A stretch of DNA of 64,000 nucleotides from Candidatus Levybacteria bacterium RIFCSPHIGHO2_01_FULL_37_17 (GCA_001782035.1 MFNL01000001.1:277012-341011), one strand, 5' to 3'; shown: positions 46,644 through 56,636, counted from the stretch's first letter. Program-made: numbers and translations. Notes: generated from the sequence alone by a model not told the origin.

Positions 46644-48277
46644 TACCTTTATTAATACTTTTAGTGCTTACAATTCCTGCATTTATGCCAGTGCTTGCTC
46701 CCGGATTTTTCCCAATGCATGATAATACTCAACCTTCAAGAGTATTTGAAATGGCAAAGGCCTTAATGGATGGTATGTTTCCTGTTAGATGGAGTGCTGA
46801 CTTGGGGTTTGGTTATGGTTATCCTCTTTTCAATTATTATGCTCCACTAGTATATTATGTTGGAGCTACCTTTAACCTAGCAGGATTTAACGCTTTAGAC
46901 GCAACAAAGATATTACTTGCCTTAGGATTTATTTTATCTGCATTAGCCATGTACATTTTTGCCAAAGAGTTTTTAGGCAAGCTTGGAGGAATTATAGCCG
47001 CACTTTTTTATGTTTATGCACCATATCACGCAGTGAATATATATGTTAGGGGAGCAGTTTCTGAGTTTTGGGCTTACGGGTTTATCCCACTTGCTTTTTG
47101 GGGGCTTTATAAGATTCATCAGACAGAAAAATTTAAGTATGTAGCTTTTACAGCCCTATTCTTTGCTCTTATTGTTCTTTCTCACAATTTGGCGGCGTTT
47201 ATCACTGCACCTTTTCTTCTTCTTTACTCATTTTTTCTTTTCTTTAAAAAAAGAAATATAAAACTATTTTATTCAGTTGGTATTGGTTTGCTGCTTTCCG
47301 CTTTTTATTGGGTCCCGGCTTTAATAGAAATCCCCTTTTTTAATGTCATGTCTCAAATAGGACCCGAGAAGGACATACGCTTTCATTTTGTGTGCTTACA
47401 GCAGCTCTGGACGAGCCAGTGGGGATTTGGCGGATCAATACCAGGGTGCGTTGATGGAATGTCCTATATGATAGGAAAATATCATATTCTTGCAGCAATT
47501 TTGGCTGTTATGGTAGCACTTCTGGAGTATAAAAATAAGAAAGTCGAGAAGGGTATTTTTCAAAACATTGTCCTATTCTTCGCTTTTGGAGTTTTAAGCA
47601 TTTTCTTGATGACGTCATACTCTCAATTTATTTGGGAGCTTGTTTCCCCTATGAGGTTTATTCAGTTTCCCTGGAGGTTTCTCCTGATAACGTCTTTTAC
47701 ATTTTCATTTGTTGCAGGATCATTATTTTACCTTTTTAGAAAGAGATTAAACTCTTTTTCGTATATCATACTTGCGTTAATAGTTTCGATTGCAATAGTC
47801 TTTCTCTATTCGAAGTTTTTTGTTCCTCAGGAGGCAAACTCTAAAAATGCCTCAGATTATGTTTCAAAAAATGCGTTAAATTACAATATTTCTAAAATAT
47901 CACACGAATTTATGCCAAGTAACTTCAAAATACCCGGAAATATAAATGAGGTTTCTAATCTCAATAATATTGAAGATGAAAGTATTGTAGTAGTTAATTC
48001 TAAAAAAAGGACTGGAAGAATCGAATTAAACTTAAGAGTTGAAAAAGAAACCAAAGCTGTTATTCCCATAGCTTATTTTCCCGCATGGAAAGCTTACGTT
48101 AACGGAGAGGAAGTTCCAGTCGAGAAGAATCCTCGCGGAATAAAAGTAAAATTGCCGGAAGGTAAAGTGATGCTAGAGTTTCTCTTCAGAGAAACTCTTC
48201 TGGAAAAATTTGCCAATGTCCTGAGCCTGGCTGGCGTACTAATACTGGCTTACGGTATAATAAGGAAGCCTAAATGA
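46619..48277 (+). CDS. large polytopic membrane protein, PTPS-related family, paralog B2
   Basis: FFPMHDNTQPSRVFEMAKAL...PVRWSADLGFGYGYPLFNYYAPLVYY, same architecture as 45036..46643. Confidence 0.5.
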   Translation: MGEKVRKIIPLLILLVLTIPAFMPVLAPGFFPMHDNTQPSRVFEMAKALMDGMFPVRWSADLGFGYGYPLFNYYAPLVYYVGATFNLAGFNALDATKILLALGFILSALAMYIFAKEFLGKLGGIIAALFYVYAPYHAVNIYVRGAVSEFWAYGFIPLAFWGLYKIHQTEKFKYVAFTALFFALIVLSHNLAAFITAPFLLLYSFFLFFKKRNIKLFYSVGIGLLLSAFYWVPALIEIPFFNVMSQIGPEKDIRFHFVCLQQLWTSQWGFGGSIPGCVDGMSYMIGKYHILAAILAVMVALLEYKNKKVEKGIFQNIVLFFAFGVLSIFLMTSYSQFIWELVSPMRFIQFPWRFLLITSFTFSFVAGSLFYLFRKRLNSFSYIILALIVSIAIVFLYSKFFVPQEANSKNASDYVSKNALNYNISKISHEFMPSNFKIPGNINEVSNLNNIEDESIVVVNSKKRTGRIELNLRVEKETKAVIPIAYFPAWKAYVNGEEVPVEKNPRGIKVKLPEGKVMLEFLFRETLLEKFANVLSLAGVLILAYGIIRKPK

Positions 48278-48990
48278 GTAAATTTGCGGAGTTATCGATT
48301 TTTTTTCCTTTCTGGAATGAGGCGGAAAATTTAGAAAGAGTCATAGAAAAAACAATCCCGGTGGCAGAAAAAGTTGCAGACAAGTGGGAAATAATTATGG
48401 TAGATGATGGCTCCTCTGACTCAACTTTGCAAATAATGCAAAAATTATCGGCAAAAGATAATCGCCTTATTGCGGTCTCCCACGATAAAAACCGTGGTTA
48501 CGGTGCAGCTTTGAAAACTGGTTTTGAAAAAGCAAGATATGAATATATAGTATTTAATGACGGAGATGGGCAGTTTGATTTTTCTGAAATTACAAAATTT
48601 ATGGATAAAATTGATAGGGCAGACGTAGTTATCGGCTACCGAAAGACAAGACACGACCATCCTTTTCGGCATGTCTTAATGAACTTGTTAAAAATTTGGG
48701 ATTATATTTTTTTCGGTTTTAGGTTTAAGGATATAGATTGCGGTTTTAAATTATTCAAAAGGCAAGCAATACAAAGGATAATTCCGCTTTCTTCGGAAGG
48801 CGCAATGATAACAACAGAGATTCTTGCAAGGGCAAAAAAGGCCAACCTTAACATTCTTGAGACAGAGGTTCATCATTATCCAAGATTATACGGCGACCAA
48901 AGCGGAGGGAACTTAAGGGTAATTTTGCGGGCGGTCAAAGAAAGTCTGCTTCTTTGGAAAGATTTAAATTTTAATCATGCAAGAAATTGA
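48274..48990 (+). CDS. GT2 glycosyltransferase, polyprenol-phosphate sugar synthase-like
   Basis: LSIFFPFWNE...IIMVDDGSSDST, DxD (NDGD); 238 aa. Confidence 0.8.
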   Translation: MSKFAELSIFFPFWNEAENLERVIEKTIPVAEKVADKWEIIMVDDGSSDSTLQIMQKLSAKDNRLIAVSHDKNRGYGAALKTGFEKARYEYIVFNDGDGQFDFSEITKFMDKIDRADVVIGYRKTRHDHPFRHVLMNLLKIWDYIFFGFRFKDIDCGFKLFKRQAIQRIIPLSSEGAMITTEILARAKKANLNILETEVHHYPRLYGDQSGGNLRVILRAVKESLLLWKDLNFNHARN

Positions 48991-50431
48991 CATAGCTGCA
49001 GTAAAGCAGAAATCTATTCATGGAATAATCGCTTTAACATCGCGAACATTTTTTATTCAGCTTGTAAATTTTTCGGCTAGTTTACTTCTCACAATTTTTC
49101 TGGCCCCTGCCATTTTTGGTGTTTTTTTTATCGTTTCAGCTGTTATTGCTTTTCTCACATATTTCTCCGATATAGGATTGGCTGCTGCTTTGATACAAAA
49201 AAAAGAAAGCTTAACAAAAGAAGATTTAAAAACAACATTCACAATCCAGCAGGCTCTAGTATTGTCCCTTGTTACTCTCGCGCTTTTATTTTCAGAGCGA
49301 ATAGGTTACTTTTACAATCTAGGAGAAGATGGTGTATTTCTATTTCAAGCATTAGCAATTTCATTTTTTCTATCTTCTTTAAAGACCATTCCCTCAATAA
49401 TTTTAGAACGTGATTTAAACTTTACAAAACTTGTAATTCCGCAGATTGTTGAAACTGTGTTTTTTAACGTTATTGCTGTAGGTCTTGCAATTAATGGATT
49501 TGGAATTGCAAGTTTTAGTTATGCAGTATTGGCACGAGGCTTTTCAGGTCTTGTAGCAATTTATTTAATAAGCCCTTGGAAGCCGGCATTAGGGTTTTCT
49601 TCCGTAAGCGCAAAAAAGCTTTTATCTTTTGGCGTACCTTTTCAGCTCAATAGTTTTCTTGCACTTATTAAGGACGATTTGTTTATCGCATTTTTGGGAA
49701 AAATACTTCCATTTGCCCAAGTTGGTTACATCGGATTTGCTCAAAAATGGGCATTTATGCCGTTGCGTCTCGTCATGGACAATGTAATAAGGATAACGTT
49801 CCCTTCATTCTCAAGGCTTCAAGATGAAAAGGAGATTTTAGGCAAAGCAATAGAAAAATCTGTATTTGCAGCAAGTTTTATCATTTTTCCCGCTCTGGCC
49901 GGTCTTTTTGTATTGTCGCCTTATTTCATAGAAATCATTCCGAGATACACAAAATGGGAGCCGGCACTTTTATCTGTATGGTTTTTCTCTTTGAGCGCCG
50001 CGCTTTCTTCTGTTTCAACACCCCTTACAAACGCACTTAATGCCATAGGCAAAATTAAGATTACCCTTTATCTTATGGTTTTTTGGACAATTGCTACATG
50101 GTCATTAACCCCGCTACTAATTTTTCTAATGGGATTTAACGGTGTTGCAGTCGCATCGGCAATAATTGCGGTTTCAACGATTGTGGTTGTATTTATAGTA
50201 AAAAGGCTTATTCAGTTTAATATAATAAATGCCCTAACCAATCCAGTAGCAGGGTCTATTATCATGGGAGCTATCCTTTTCTTTATAAGTCCTTATTTTG
50301 TACAGGGCTTGTTTAGTCTCATTTCCGTTATTGTATTCGGAGCTGTGATATACTTTTTAACAGTTTATATTCTAGGGCGGGATCAAATTAAGAAAGATTT
50401 TGTTTTAATCAGACAAAATCTAAGGAGTTAA
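48977..50431 (+). CDS. Wzx-like oligosaccharide flippase (MOP superfamily polysaccharide biosynthesis protein)
   Basis: 484 aa, ~12-14 TM helices with Wzx-like N-terminal pattern; embedded in GT cluster. Confidence 0.6.
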   Translation: MQEIDIAAVKQKSIHGIIALTSRTFFIQLVNFSASLLLTIFLAPAIFGVFFIVSAVIAFLTYFSDIGLAAALIQKKESLTKEDLKTTFTIQQALVLSLVTLALLFSERIGYFYNLGEDGVFLFQALAISFFLSSLKTIPSIILERDLNFTKLVIPQIVETVFFNVIAVGLAINGFGIASFSYAVLARGFSGLVAIYLISPWKPALGFSSVSAKKLLSFGVPFQLNSFLALIKDDLFIAFLGKILPFAQVGYIGFAQKWAFMPLRLVMDNVIRITFPSFSRLQDEKEILGKAIEKSVFAASFIIFPALAGLFVLSPYFIEIIPRYTKWEPALLSVWFFSLSAALSSVSTPLTNALNAIGKIKITLYLMVFWTIATWSLTPLLIFLMGFNGVAVASAIIAVSTIVVVFIVKRLIQFNIINALTNPVAGSIIMGAILFFISPYFVQGLFSLISVIVFGAVIYFLTVYILGRDQIKKDFVLIRQNLRS

Positions 50432-50432
50432 A

Positions 50433-51350
50433 ATGGCAAAACTTTCAGCAGTAGTAAGCGTTTACAACGAAGAAAAAAATATTGAAAAATGTCTAAAATC
50501 CCTCCAGTTTGCTGATGAAATTATTGTAGTAGACAATGGTTCAACAGATAAAACTGCAGAAATTGTCAAAAAATATACAGATAAAATCTTTTCACAAAAA
50601 AACGAACCTCAAAAGATTGATATTCTCAAAAATTTCGGTATCGAGAAAGCTACTAGTGAATGGATACTTATTATTGACGCGGACGAACAGGTAACTCCCG
50701 AACTAGCCAACGAAATCCGTTCAATACTCAAAGAACAAAGAACAAAGAACAAAGAACAAATTACTGGTTATTGGATACCTAGAAAAAATTATATTTTTGG
50801 AAAATGGATTCAGAACGCTGGCTGGTATCCTGATTTACAGCTAAGGCTAGTAAAAAGGGGTAAGGGAAAATATAATTCATTACACGTCCATGAGCCCTTG
50901 AAAGTGGAAGGAGACACAAAACAGCTCTCGCAATTTATAAACCATAACAACTACGAAAATATTTCTCAATTTCTTTCTAAAACTGCTGTTTATGCCCGAA
51001 ATGAAGCGGATTCTATTTTAAAAAATGATTATAACTTTTCTTATCTTGATGCAATAAGGTTTCCAATAAAAGAGTTTTTAAGCAGGTTCTTTGCAAGAAA
51101 AGGATATAAAGACGGACTTCACGGATTAATGCTTTCAATGCTTATGGCTTTTTACCATTTTATCATTTTTGCCTTCATATGGGAGAAGAAGGGATTTACA
51201 GAAGAAAACGCCGATAATTTCCTAGAAGAGGTAGGCGCTGAACTTAAAAGAGGTGGAAATGAAATAGATTACTGGATAAAAAAAGAAAAATACGACAATA
51301 TAAAAAACCCTCTTAAGAGAAGCCTCGCAAAAATTAAAGGAAAAATATAG
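50433..51350 (+). CDS. GT2 glycosyltransferase (subfamily with YWIPRKNY...PDxQLRL motif), contains heptanucleotide SSR
   Basis: LSAVVSVYNEEKNIEKCL...IIVVDNGSTDKT, DAD motif (IDADEQ). Confidence 0.8.
   Translation: MAKLSAVVSVYNEEKNIEKCLKSLQFADEIIVVDNGSTDKTAEIVKKYTDKIFSQKNEPQKIDILKNFGIEKATSEWILIIDADEQVTPELANEIRSILKEQRTKNKEQITGYWIPRKNYIFGKWIQNAGWYPDLQLRLVKRGKGKYNSLHVHEPLKVEGDTKQLSQFINHNNYENISQFLSKTAVYARNEADSILKNDYNFSYLDAIRFPIKEFLSRFFARKGYKDGLHGLMLSMLMAFYHFIIFAFIWEKKGFTEENADNFLEEVGAELKRGGNEIDYWIKKEKYDNIKNPLKRSLAKIKGKI
50729..50760 (+). repeat. (CAAAGAA)x4.5 heptanucleotide tandem repeat inside GT2 coding sequence
   Basis: caaagaacaaagaacaaagaacaaagaacaaa read directly; in-frame as KEQRTKNKEQ; unit length not a multiple of 3. 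Confidence 0.85.
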
Positions 51351-51353
51351 CTA

Positions 51354-52262
51354 GTGAAAAAAGTTTTTATTTCAATTCTTACTTTTAACGACAATAAGTC
51401 TACGTCAGAATGCTTGGATAGTATAGAAAATCTTAAGAAGCAAGACTTCGGGCTTTTTGTAGTAGTAGTGGACAACGCATCAGCAAACGCTTTTTCTGCT
51501 AAAAAAACGTACAAGAATTTTAGCCTAAAAATAATCAGAAATGAAAATAATCTTGGCTTTTCAGGGGGACACAATGTAGGAATTAACCATGCACTTTCTC
51601 AAGACGCAGATTTTGTAGTAATTCTAAATAACGATACAGTTCTTGGTAATAATCTGATAGTAAATATGCTAAGTGGATTTGATAAAGAGGTAGGAGTAGT
51701 TGTTCCTAAAATTTATTTTGCCAAGGGACACGAATATCATAAGGAAAAGTATACAGAGGCTGATTTGGGAAAAGTAATATGGTATGCAGGTGGAAAAATG
51801 GACTGGAAAAATATTTACGGTCAGCATATAGGAGTAGATGAAGTTGATAGTGAAAAATTTAATAAGGAAGAGGAAACAGAACTCGCAACAGGTTGCTGCA
51901 TGATGGTTAAGAGGGAGGTGTTTGGGAAAGCAGGTCTTCTAAATGAAAAATACTTTCTCTATTACGAGGATGCCGATTTTAGCATGAAAGCAAAAAGAAA
52001 AGGCTTTAAAATAATATATAAGCCGGATGCTTTTCTTTGGCACATAAATGCAGCTTCTACGGGAGGCTCTGGTTCCGAGCTTCAGGACTATTATATAACA
52101 AGAAACAGATTATATTTCGGTGTCAGACACGCTCCCTTAAGGGCAAAGGCAGCTTTATTTAGAGAAAGCCTAAGACTAGCAAGATCTGGAAGAAAATGGC
52201 AGAAAGAGGCTGTGAAAGACTTTTACAAAGGCATTATGGGTAAGGGGAGATATAAAAAATGA
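51354..52262 (+). CDS. GT2 glycosyltransferase (rhamnosyltransferase/WbbL-like)
   Basis: VVVVDNASAN motif, DxD (YEDAD), 302 aa. Confidence 0.8.
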   Translation: MKKVFISILTFNDNKSTSECLDSIENLKKQDFGLFVVVVDNASANAFSAKKTYKNFSLKIIRNENNLGFSGGHNVGINHALSQDADFVVILNNDTVLGNNLIVNMLSGFDKEVGVVVPKIYFAKGHEYHKEKYTEADLGKVIWYAGGKMDWKNIYGQHIGVDEVDSEKFNKEEETELATGCCMMVKREVFGKAGLLNEKYFLYYEDADFSMKAKRKGFKIIYKPDAFLWHINAASTGGSGSELQDYYITRNRLYFGVRHAPLRAKAALFRESLRLARSGRKWQKEAVKDFYKGIMGKGRYKK

Positions 52263-53014
52263 GTACTGTTGAAGTTTCAGTAATAATAATTGCACGAGAT
52301 GAAGAAGAAAGAATCAGGGAGTGTATTGAAAATTTATCTTTTTGCAAAGAAATCATCCTTGTAAATAACGATTCTCAAGACAAAACGCCCCAAATTGCTG
52401 AAAGCCTTGGCGCAAAGGTCGTAAATTTTAAAAGCAGTAATTTTTCAGAACTTCGCAATTTAGGATTAAAACAGGCGAGTTACAAGTGGATACTCTATAT
52501 AGACGCTGATGAAAAAGCGGATGAAACTCTTAAAAAAGAAATAGGCAGAGCAATAAATTCAGATGAATTTAACGCATATTTTATAAAGAGGAAGAATTAC
52601 TATTTAGGCAGTAACGAATGGCCATACGCAGAAAAAATACAAAGGTTATTTAAGAAAGATAAACTAGGTGGCTGGTTTGGACAACTTCACGAAAGTCCAA
52701 GCGTAGAGGGTAAGGCAGGGGAATTACAAGGTTTTCTTCTCCATAAAACCCACAGAAGCCTGGAGGAAATGGTAGATAAGACAAACGAATGGTCTGAAAC
52801 AGAGGCGTTTCTTAGATACAAAAATAATCATCCAAAAATGAGCTGGTGGAGATTCCCAAGAGTAATGATTACGGCTTTCCTTAGTTCATATATTGCCCAG
52901 GGGGGATATAAAGCAAAAGGAGTGGGCTTAATTGAGAGCATATACCAGGCGTTTAGTGCGTTTGTTACCTATGCTAAGCTTTGGGAATTACAAAAAAAAG
53001 AGGAAAAAAATTAG
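52259..53014 (+). CDS. GT2 glycosyltransferase (same subfamily as 50433 and 61604 genes)
   Basis: VSVIIIARDEEERIRECI...ILVNNDSQDKT, DAD (IDADEK), YFIKRKNYYLG. Confidence 0.75.
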   Translation: MSTVEVSVIIIARDEEERIRECIENLSFCKEIILVNNDSQDKTPQIAESLGAKVVNFKSSNFSELRNLGLKQASYKWILYIDADEKADETLKKEIGRAINSDEFNAYFIKRKNYYLGSNEWPYAEKIQRLFKKDKLGGWFGQLHESPSVEGKAGELQGFLLHKTHRSLEEMVDKTNEWSETEAFLRYKNNHPKMSWWRFPRVMITAFLSSYIAQGGYKAKGVGLIESIYQAFSAFVTYAKLWELQKKEEKN

Positions 53015-53247
53015 TTCTTATTTTCCCAGAATTTTAATTCGGAAAACTTCATTCGCTTATTGGCAAAATAGAATAGATATGCAAGTTCCAAAATTCCCAA
53101 TGTATTTAAAACTAAAATAGCAACGAACCAATTCCTCTGTTTTAAATTTGCTGCTCTCCAAAGAGCTATTCCTTTCCAAAGCAATGTCCAAAGATAAGCG
53201 ACAAAAAGCAGAAAAGAGGGAAGCTGGGGCAATATAAATGATTCCAT
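53011..53247 (-). CDS. small two-TM membrane protein, DUF5652-like
   Basis: LWTLLWKGIALWRAANLKQRNWFVAILVLNTLGILELAYLF resembles DUF5652 consensus from memory; only minus-strand gene inside the GT array. Confidence 0.4.
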   Translation of the reverse strand: MESFILPQLPSFLLFVAYLWTLLWKGIALWRAANLKQRNWFVAILVLNTLGILELAYLFYFANKRMKFSELKFWENKN

Positions 53248-53311
53248 AGATAAATTATAAATAAATATCTCTTCTTATGCAACGAGGGATGAAAGTTGAT
53301 AAAATAAATAT

Positions 53312-54364
53312 ATGAAAATAGGATTTTACGATCCATATCTTGATACCTTAGGTGGTGGAGAAAAATATATTTTTGATTTGGCGTTATGTCTTTCAAATGA
53401 TAACTCGGTTTATATTTTCTGGAACGATGCTTCAATTTTACAAAAAGCAGAAGAACGTTTTGGAAAAAAACTAAATAAGATTTCTCTTGTGCCAAATACA
53501 TTTTCTAAAGGAGCATCTTTATTTTCAAAATATAGACAAACCTCCAAATACGATTGTATTTTTTATATAAGCGATGGTAGCATTCCTCTTCTGTTTGCTG
53601 AGAAAAATATCCTTATCTTTCAGTTTCCAATACCTTGGATAAGAAAAACTTGGCTTTCAAATCTAAAACTAAAAAACATCAATAATGTAATTTGTTACTC
53701 CAACTTTGTTAAAGAGAATATCGACAAAATTCTAAATGTTAACTCTACAGTTCTTCCACCGCTTGTTGAGAAAATAAGTTCAAAAGAAAAAAAACAAAAC
53801 TTAATTGTTTCGGTAGGAAGATTTACAAAAGGCATGAACAAAAAAAAGCAAGAAGTGTTAGTTGAGGTTTTTAAAGAAATGGTAGATGACGGACTAAAAA
53901 ACTGGAAGTTAGTTTTAATAGGCTCTCATCTTGCAGGTGATTTGGATTTTGTAGAAAGCTTAATAAAACAATCTAATGAATACCCAATAGAAATACATAC
54001 AAACGTAAAATACGATGAACTTAGGGATGTATATGCCAAATCAAAAATTTACTGGCATGGCGCAGGCTTTGGAGAGAATCTTGAAAGATCACCTCAATTT
54101 GCAGAGCATTTTGGAATTACTACAGTTGAAGCTATGAGCGCAGGCTGTGTTCCGGCAGTTTTCAATGCCGGTGGACAGAAAGAAATAGTTACAAATGAAA
54201 AGAATGGAATTTTGTGGAATACGACTGTTGAGCTCAAGGAAAAAACAAAAAAGCTCATTGATGATGAAAAACTTCTGAACGAACTGTCTTTGAATGCTAG
54301 AAAAAGCTCTGAAAAATTTTCAGGTGATAATTTTTGCAAAGAAGCAAGAGACATAGTTCTTTAA
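53312..54364 (+). CDS. GT4 glycosyltransferase (GT-B, RfaG-like)
   Basis: C-terminal EHFGITTVEAMSAGCVPAV...GG motif (EX7E-type) typical of GT4. Confidence 0.8.
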   Translation: MKIGFYDPYLDTLGGGEKYIFDLALCLSNDNSVYIFWNDASILQKAEERFGKKLNKISLVPNTFSKGASLFSKYRQTSKYDCIFYISDGSIPLLFAEKNILIFQFPIPWIRKTWLSNLKLKNINNVICYSNFVKENIDKILNVNSTVLPPLVEKISSKEKKQNLIVSVGRFTKGMNKKKQEVLVEVFKEMVDDGLKNWKLVLIGSHLAGDLDFVESLIKQSNEYPIEIHTNVKYDELRDVYAKSKIYWHGAGFGENLERSPQFAEHFGITTVEAMSAGCVPAVFNAGGQKEIVTNEKNGILWNTTVELKEKTKKLIDDEKLLNELSLNARKSSEKFSGDNFCKEARDIVL

Positions 54365-56634
54365 TGAAGAAATATTTAGGGGTGGTTTTATTAATATTTA
54401 TTGTTTTAATTTTCTTTTGGAATTTTTTCATCCGTGGATTTTTACCAATCCCGGCTGACACCATTGTTGGTCTTTACCATCCTTTCAGGGATTTTTATGC
54501 AAAAGAATACCCCAGAGGAATTCCTTTTAAGAATTTTCTAATTACAGATCCTGTTAGACAGCAAATTCCATGGAAAAATTTAGCTATAGAACTCGAAAAG
54601 AAATTAAATTTACCACTTTGGAATCCTTATAATTTTACAGGTACCCCACTTTTGGCAAATTTTCAGTCTGGTGTATTTTATCCATTTAACCTTATCTTTT
54701 TTGTGATTCCTTTTGCCTACGGCTGGAGTTTATTTATTGTTATTTCTTCCATACTTGCTGCTATATTCACTTATTTTTATCTAAAGAATTTAAAACTCGA
54801 TTCTCTTTCCTCATTTTTTGGTGCAATAGTCTTCACATTTTCTGGTTTTGCAGTTTCATGGATGGAGTGGGGAAATATAATGCACACTGCTGCATGGCTT
54901 CCGCTTATTCTTCTTTCAGTAGATAAGCTATATGAACAGAAACTGAATAATAAAAATCAAAGTGTAAAGATCTGGTTTTTGATCTTACTTTTATCAACTG
55001 TATTTTCTTTCTTCTCAGGTCATCTTCAGATTTTTTTCTACGTTCTTTTAGTATCTTTTGCGTACGTCATTTTTAGATGGTTTTTGAACGGCAAAAAACG
55101 AGAGCATCTTTTGCTGTTTACTGCCTATTATTTATTGTTTATCGCAGTTACTGCAATACAGTGGATTCCGACACTCCAGTTTATAAATCTTTCGGCAAGA
55201 GCAATAGATATTATAGATTGGAGAACAGCAGGTTGGTTTATTCCATGGCAGAACATCGTGCAGTTTATTGCGCCTGATTTTTTCGGCAACCCAGCAACCC
55301 TAAATTATTTTGGAGTTTTCAACTACGGAGAGTTCATAGGCTATGTGGGAGTACAGCCTTTAGTTTTTGCTGTATTCTCTATTTTTAAAAGAGATAAAAC
55401 AGCAATTTTCTTTTGGGGCATATTGGCAATCTCAGTTCTTTTTGCTTTTCAAAACTTAATTTCAGAACTACCATATAGACTTTCTATTCCTTTTATTTCA
55501 ACATCTCAGCCCACGAGATTAATTTTTCTTATAGATTTCTCCCTGAGCATTTTAGCTGCAATTGGTTTTAATCATTTTCTTAAAACTAAAGAGAGAAGAA
55601 GGATATTCCTATCTTTATCATTTTTTTCAATAATATTTATCTCACTATGGTTATTTGTTTTGTACTTTGGGAAAAATTATCTGGAGATAGAGAATCTAGT
55701 TGTTTCCCAGAGAAACCTTATACTTCCTACAATTATTTTCATCATATCCTCTTTAATCCTTTTTCTTTATGTAATTTTTGAGAAGAGATTAAAGACTTTG
55801 AAATACAATATACTTCTGGTTTTATGCTACCTGCTTCTGGCAATCGTATTGTTTGATCTTTTCCGTTTTGGATGGAAATATATTACTTTTTCGGAAAGTA
55901 AGTATATGTACCCTGATACAAAAGTAACGAAATTTTTACAGGAAAATTTAGGAGATCACAGGGTAATGTCCACAGATTCCAGAATTTTTCCACCTAACTT
56001 CTCAGCTATGTATAGAATACAGTCAGTAGACGGGTACGACCCATTATTTTTACAAAGATATGCAGAGCTTATAGCTGCAAGTGAAAGAGGGGTGGCAGAT
56101 ATATCAGCCCCATACGGTTTCAATCGCATCATAACTCCTCAGCATTATAGAAATGAAATTGTTAATTTATTAGGAGTTAAATATCTGCTAACTTTTTCAG
56201 AACCAGACAAGGAGCATTTTAAGAAAGTATTTTCAGAGGGAGAAACACAGGTTTACGAAAATACAAATGTATTACCAAGAGCCTTTTTTGTAGAAAACCT
56301 ACTTTTAGCAGTTACTAAACAAGATGTAATAGAAGCTATTTATAGAAATAAAGATAATCTAAAGAATATTGCAGTAGTAGAAGGAAACAATAATCTTAAT
56401 AAATCGTGGAACAAGGGAATTGTGAAAATAGTTAATTATTCTGAGAATAAGGTTGTAATACAAACGGAAAATGAGAAAGACGGTTTTCTTGTTCTAACTG
56501 ACAGTTTTTACCCCACATGGAAAGCTTTTGTTGATGATAAACCTACTCACATTTACTTGACCGATTACAACTTTCGAGGCATAATTGTTCCCGAAGGAAC
56601 ACATAAAATAGTGTTTGAAAATAACTTGTTTTAA
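54364..56634 (+). CDS. YfhO-family polytopic membrane protein (GT-C-like glycosyltransferase)
   Basis: ~750 aa, N-terminal multi-TM region plus C-terminal soluble beta domain (...ENTNVLPRAFFVENL...); start set at TAATG overlap (ORF-track start 54334 overlaps GT4). Confidence 0.6.
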   Translation: MKKYLGVVLLIFIVLIFFWNFFIRGFLPIPADTIVGLYHPFRDFYAKEYPRGIPFKNFLITDPVRQQIPWKNLAIELEKKLNLPLWNPYNFTGTPLLANFQSGVFYPFNLIFFVIPFAYGWSLFIVISSILAAIFTYFYLKNLKLDSLSSFFGAIVFTFSGFAVSWMEWGNIMHTAAWLPLILLSVDKLYEQKLNNKNQSVKIWFLILLLSTVFSFFSGHLQIFFYVLLVSFAYVIFRWFLNGKKREHLLLFTAYYLLFIAVTAIQWIPTLQFINLSARAIDIIDWRTAGWFIPWQNIVQFIAPDFFGNPATLNYFGVFNYGEFIGYVGVQPLVFAVFSIFKRDKTAIFFWGILAISVLFAFQNLISELPYRLSIPFISTSQPTRLIFLIDFSLSILAAIGFNHFLKTKERRRIFLSLSFFSIIFISLWLFVLYFGKNYLEIENLVVSQRNLILPTIIFIISSLILFLYVIFEKRLKTLKYNILLVLCYLLLAIVLFDLFRFGWKYITFSESKYMYPDTKVTKFLQENLGDHRVMSTDSRIFPPNFSAMYRIQSVDGYDPLFLQRYAELIAASERGVADISAPYGFNRIITPQHYRNEIVNLLGVKYLLTFSEPDKEHFKKVFSEGETQVYENTNVLPRAFFVENLLLAVTKQDVIEAIYRNKDNLKNIAVVEGNNNLNKSWNKGIVKIVNYSENKVVIQTENEKDGFLVLTDSFYPTWKAFVDDKPTHIYLTDYNFRGIIVPEGTHKIVFENNLF

Positions 56635-56636
56635 TT

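Noticed and set aside
53166-53501. 111-aa minus-strand ORF overlapping the start of the GT4 gene
   Set aside because: It overlaps both the DUF5652-like gene and the GT4 start in AT-rich sequence. No support as a real gene.
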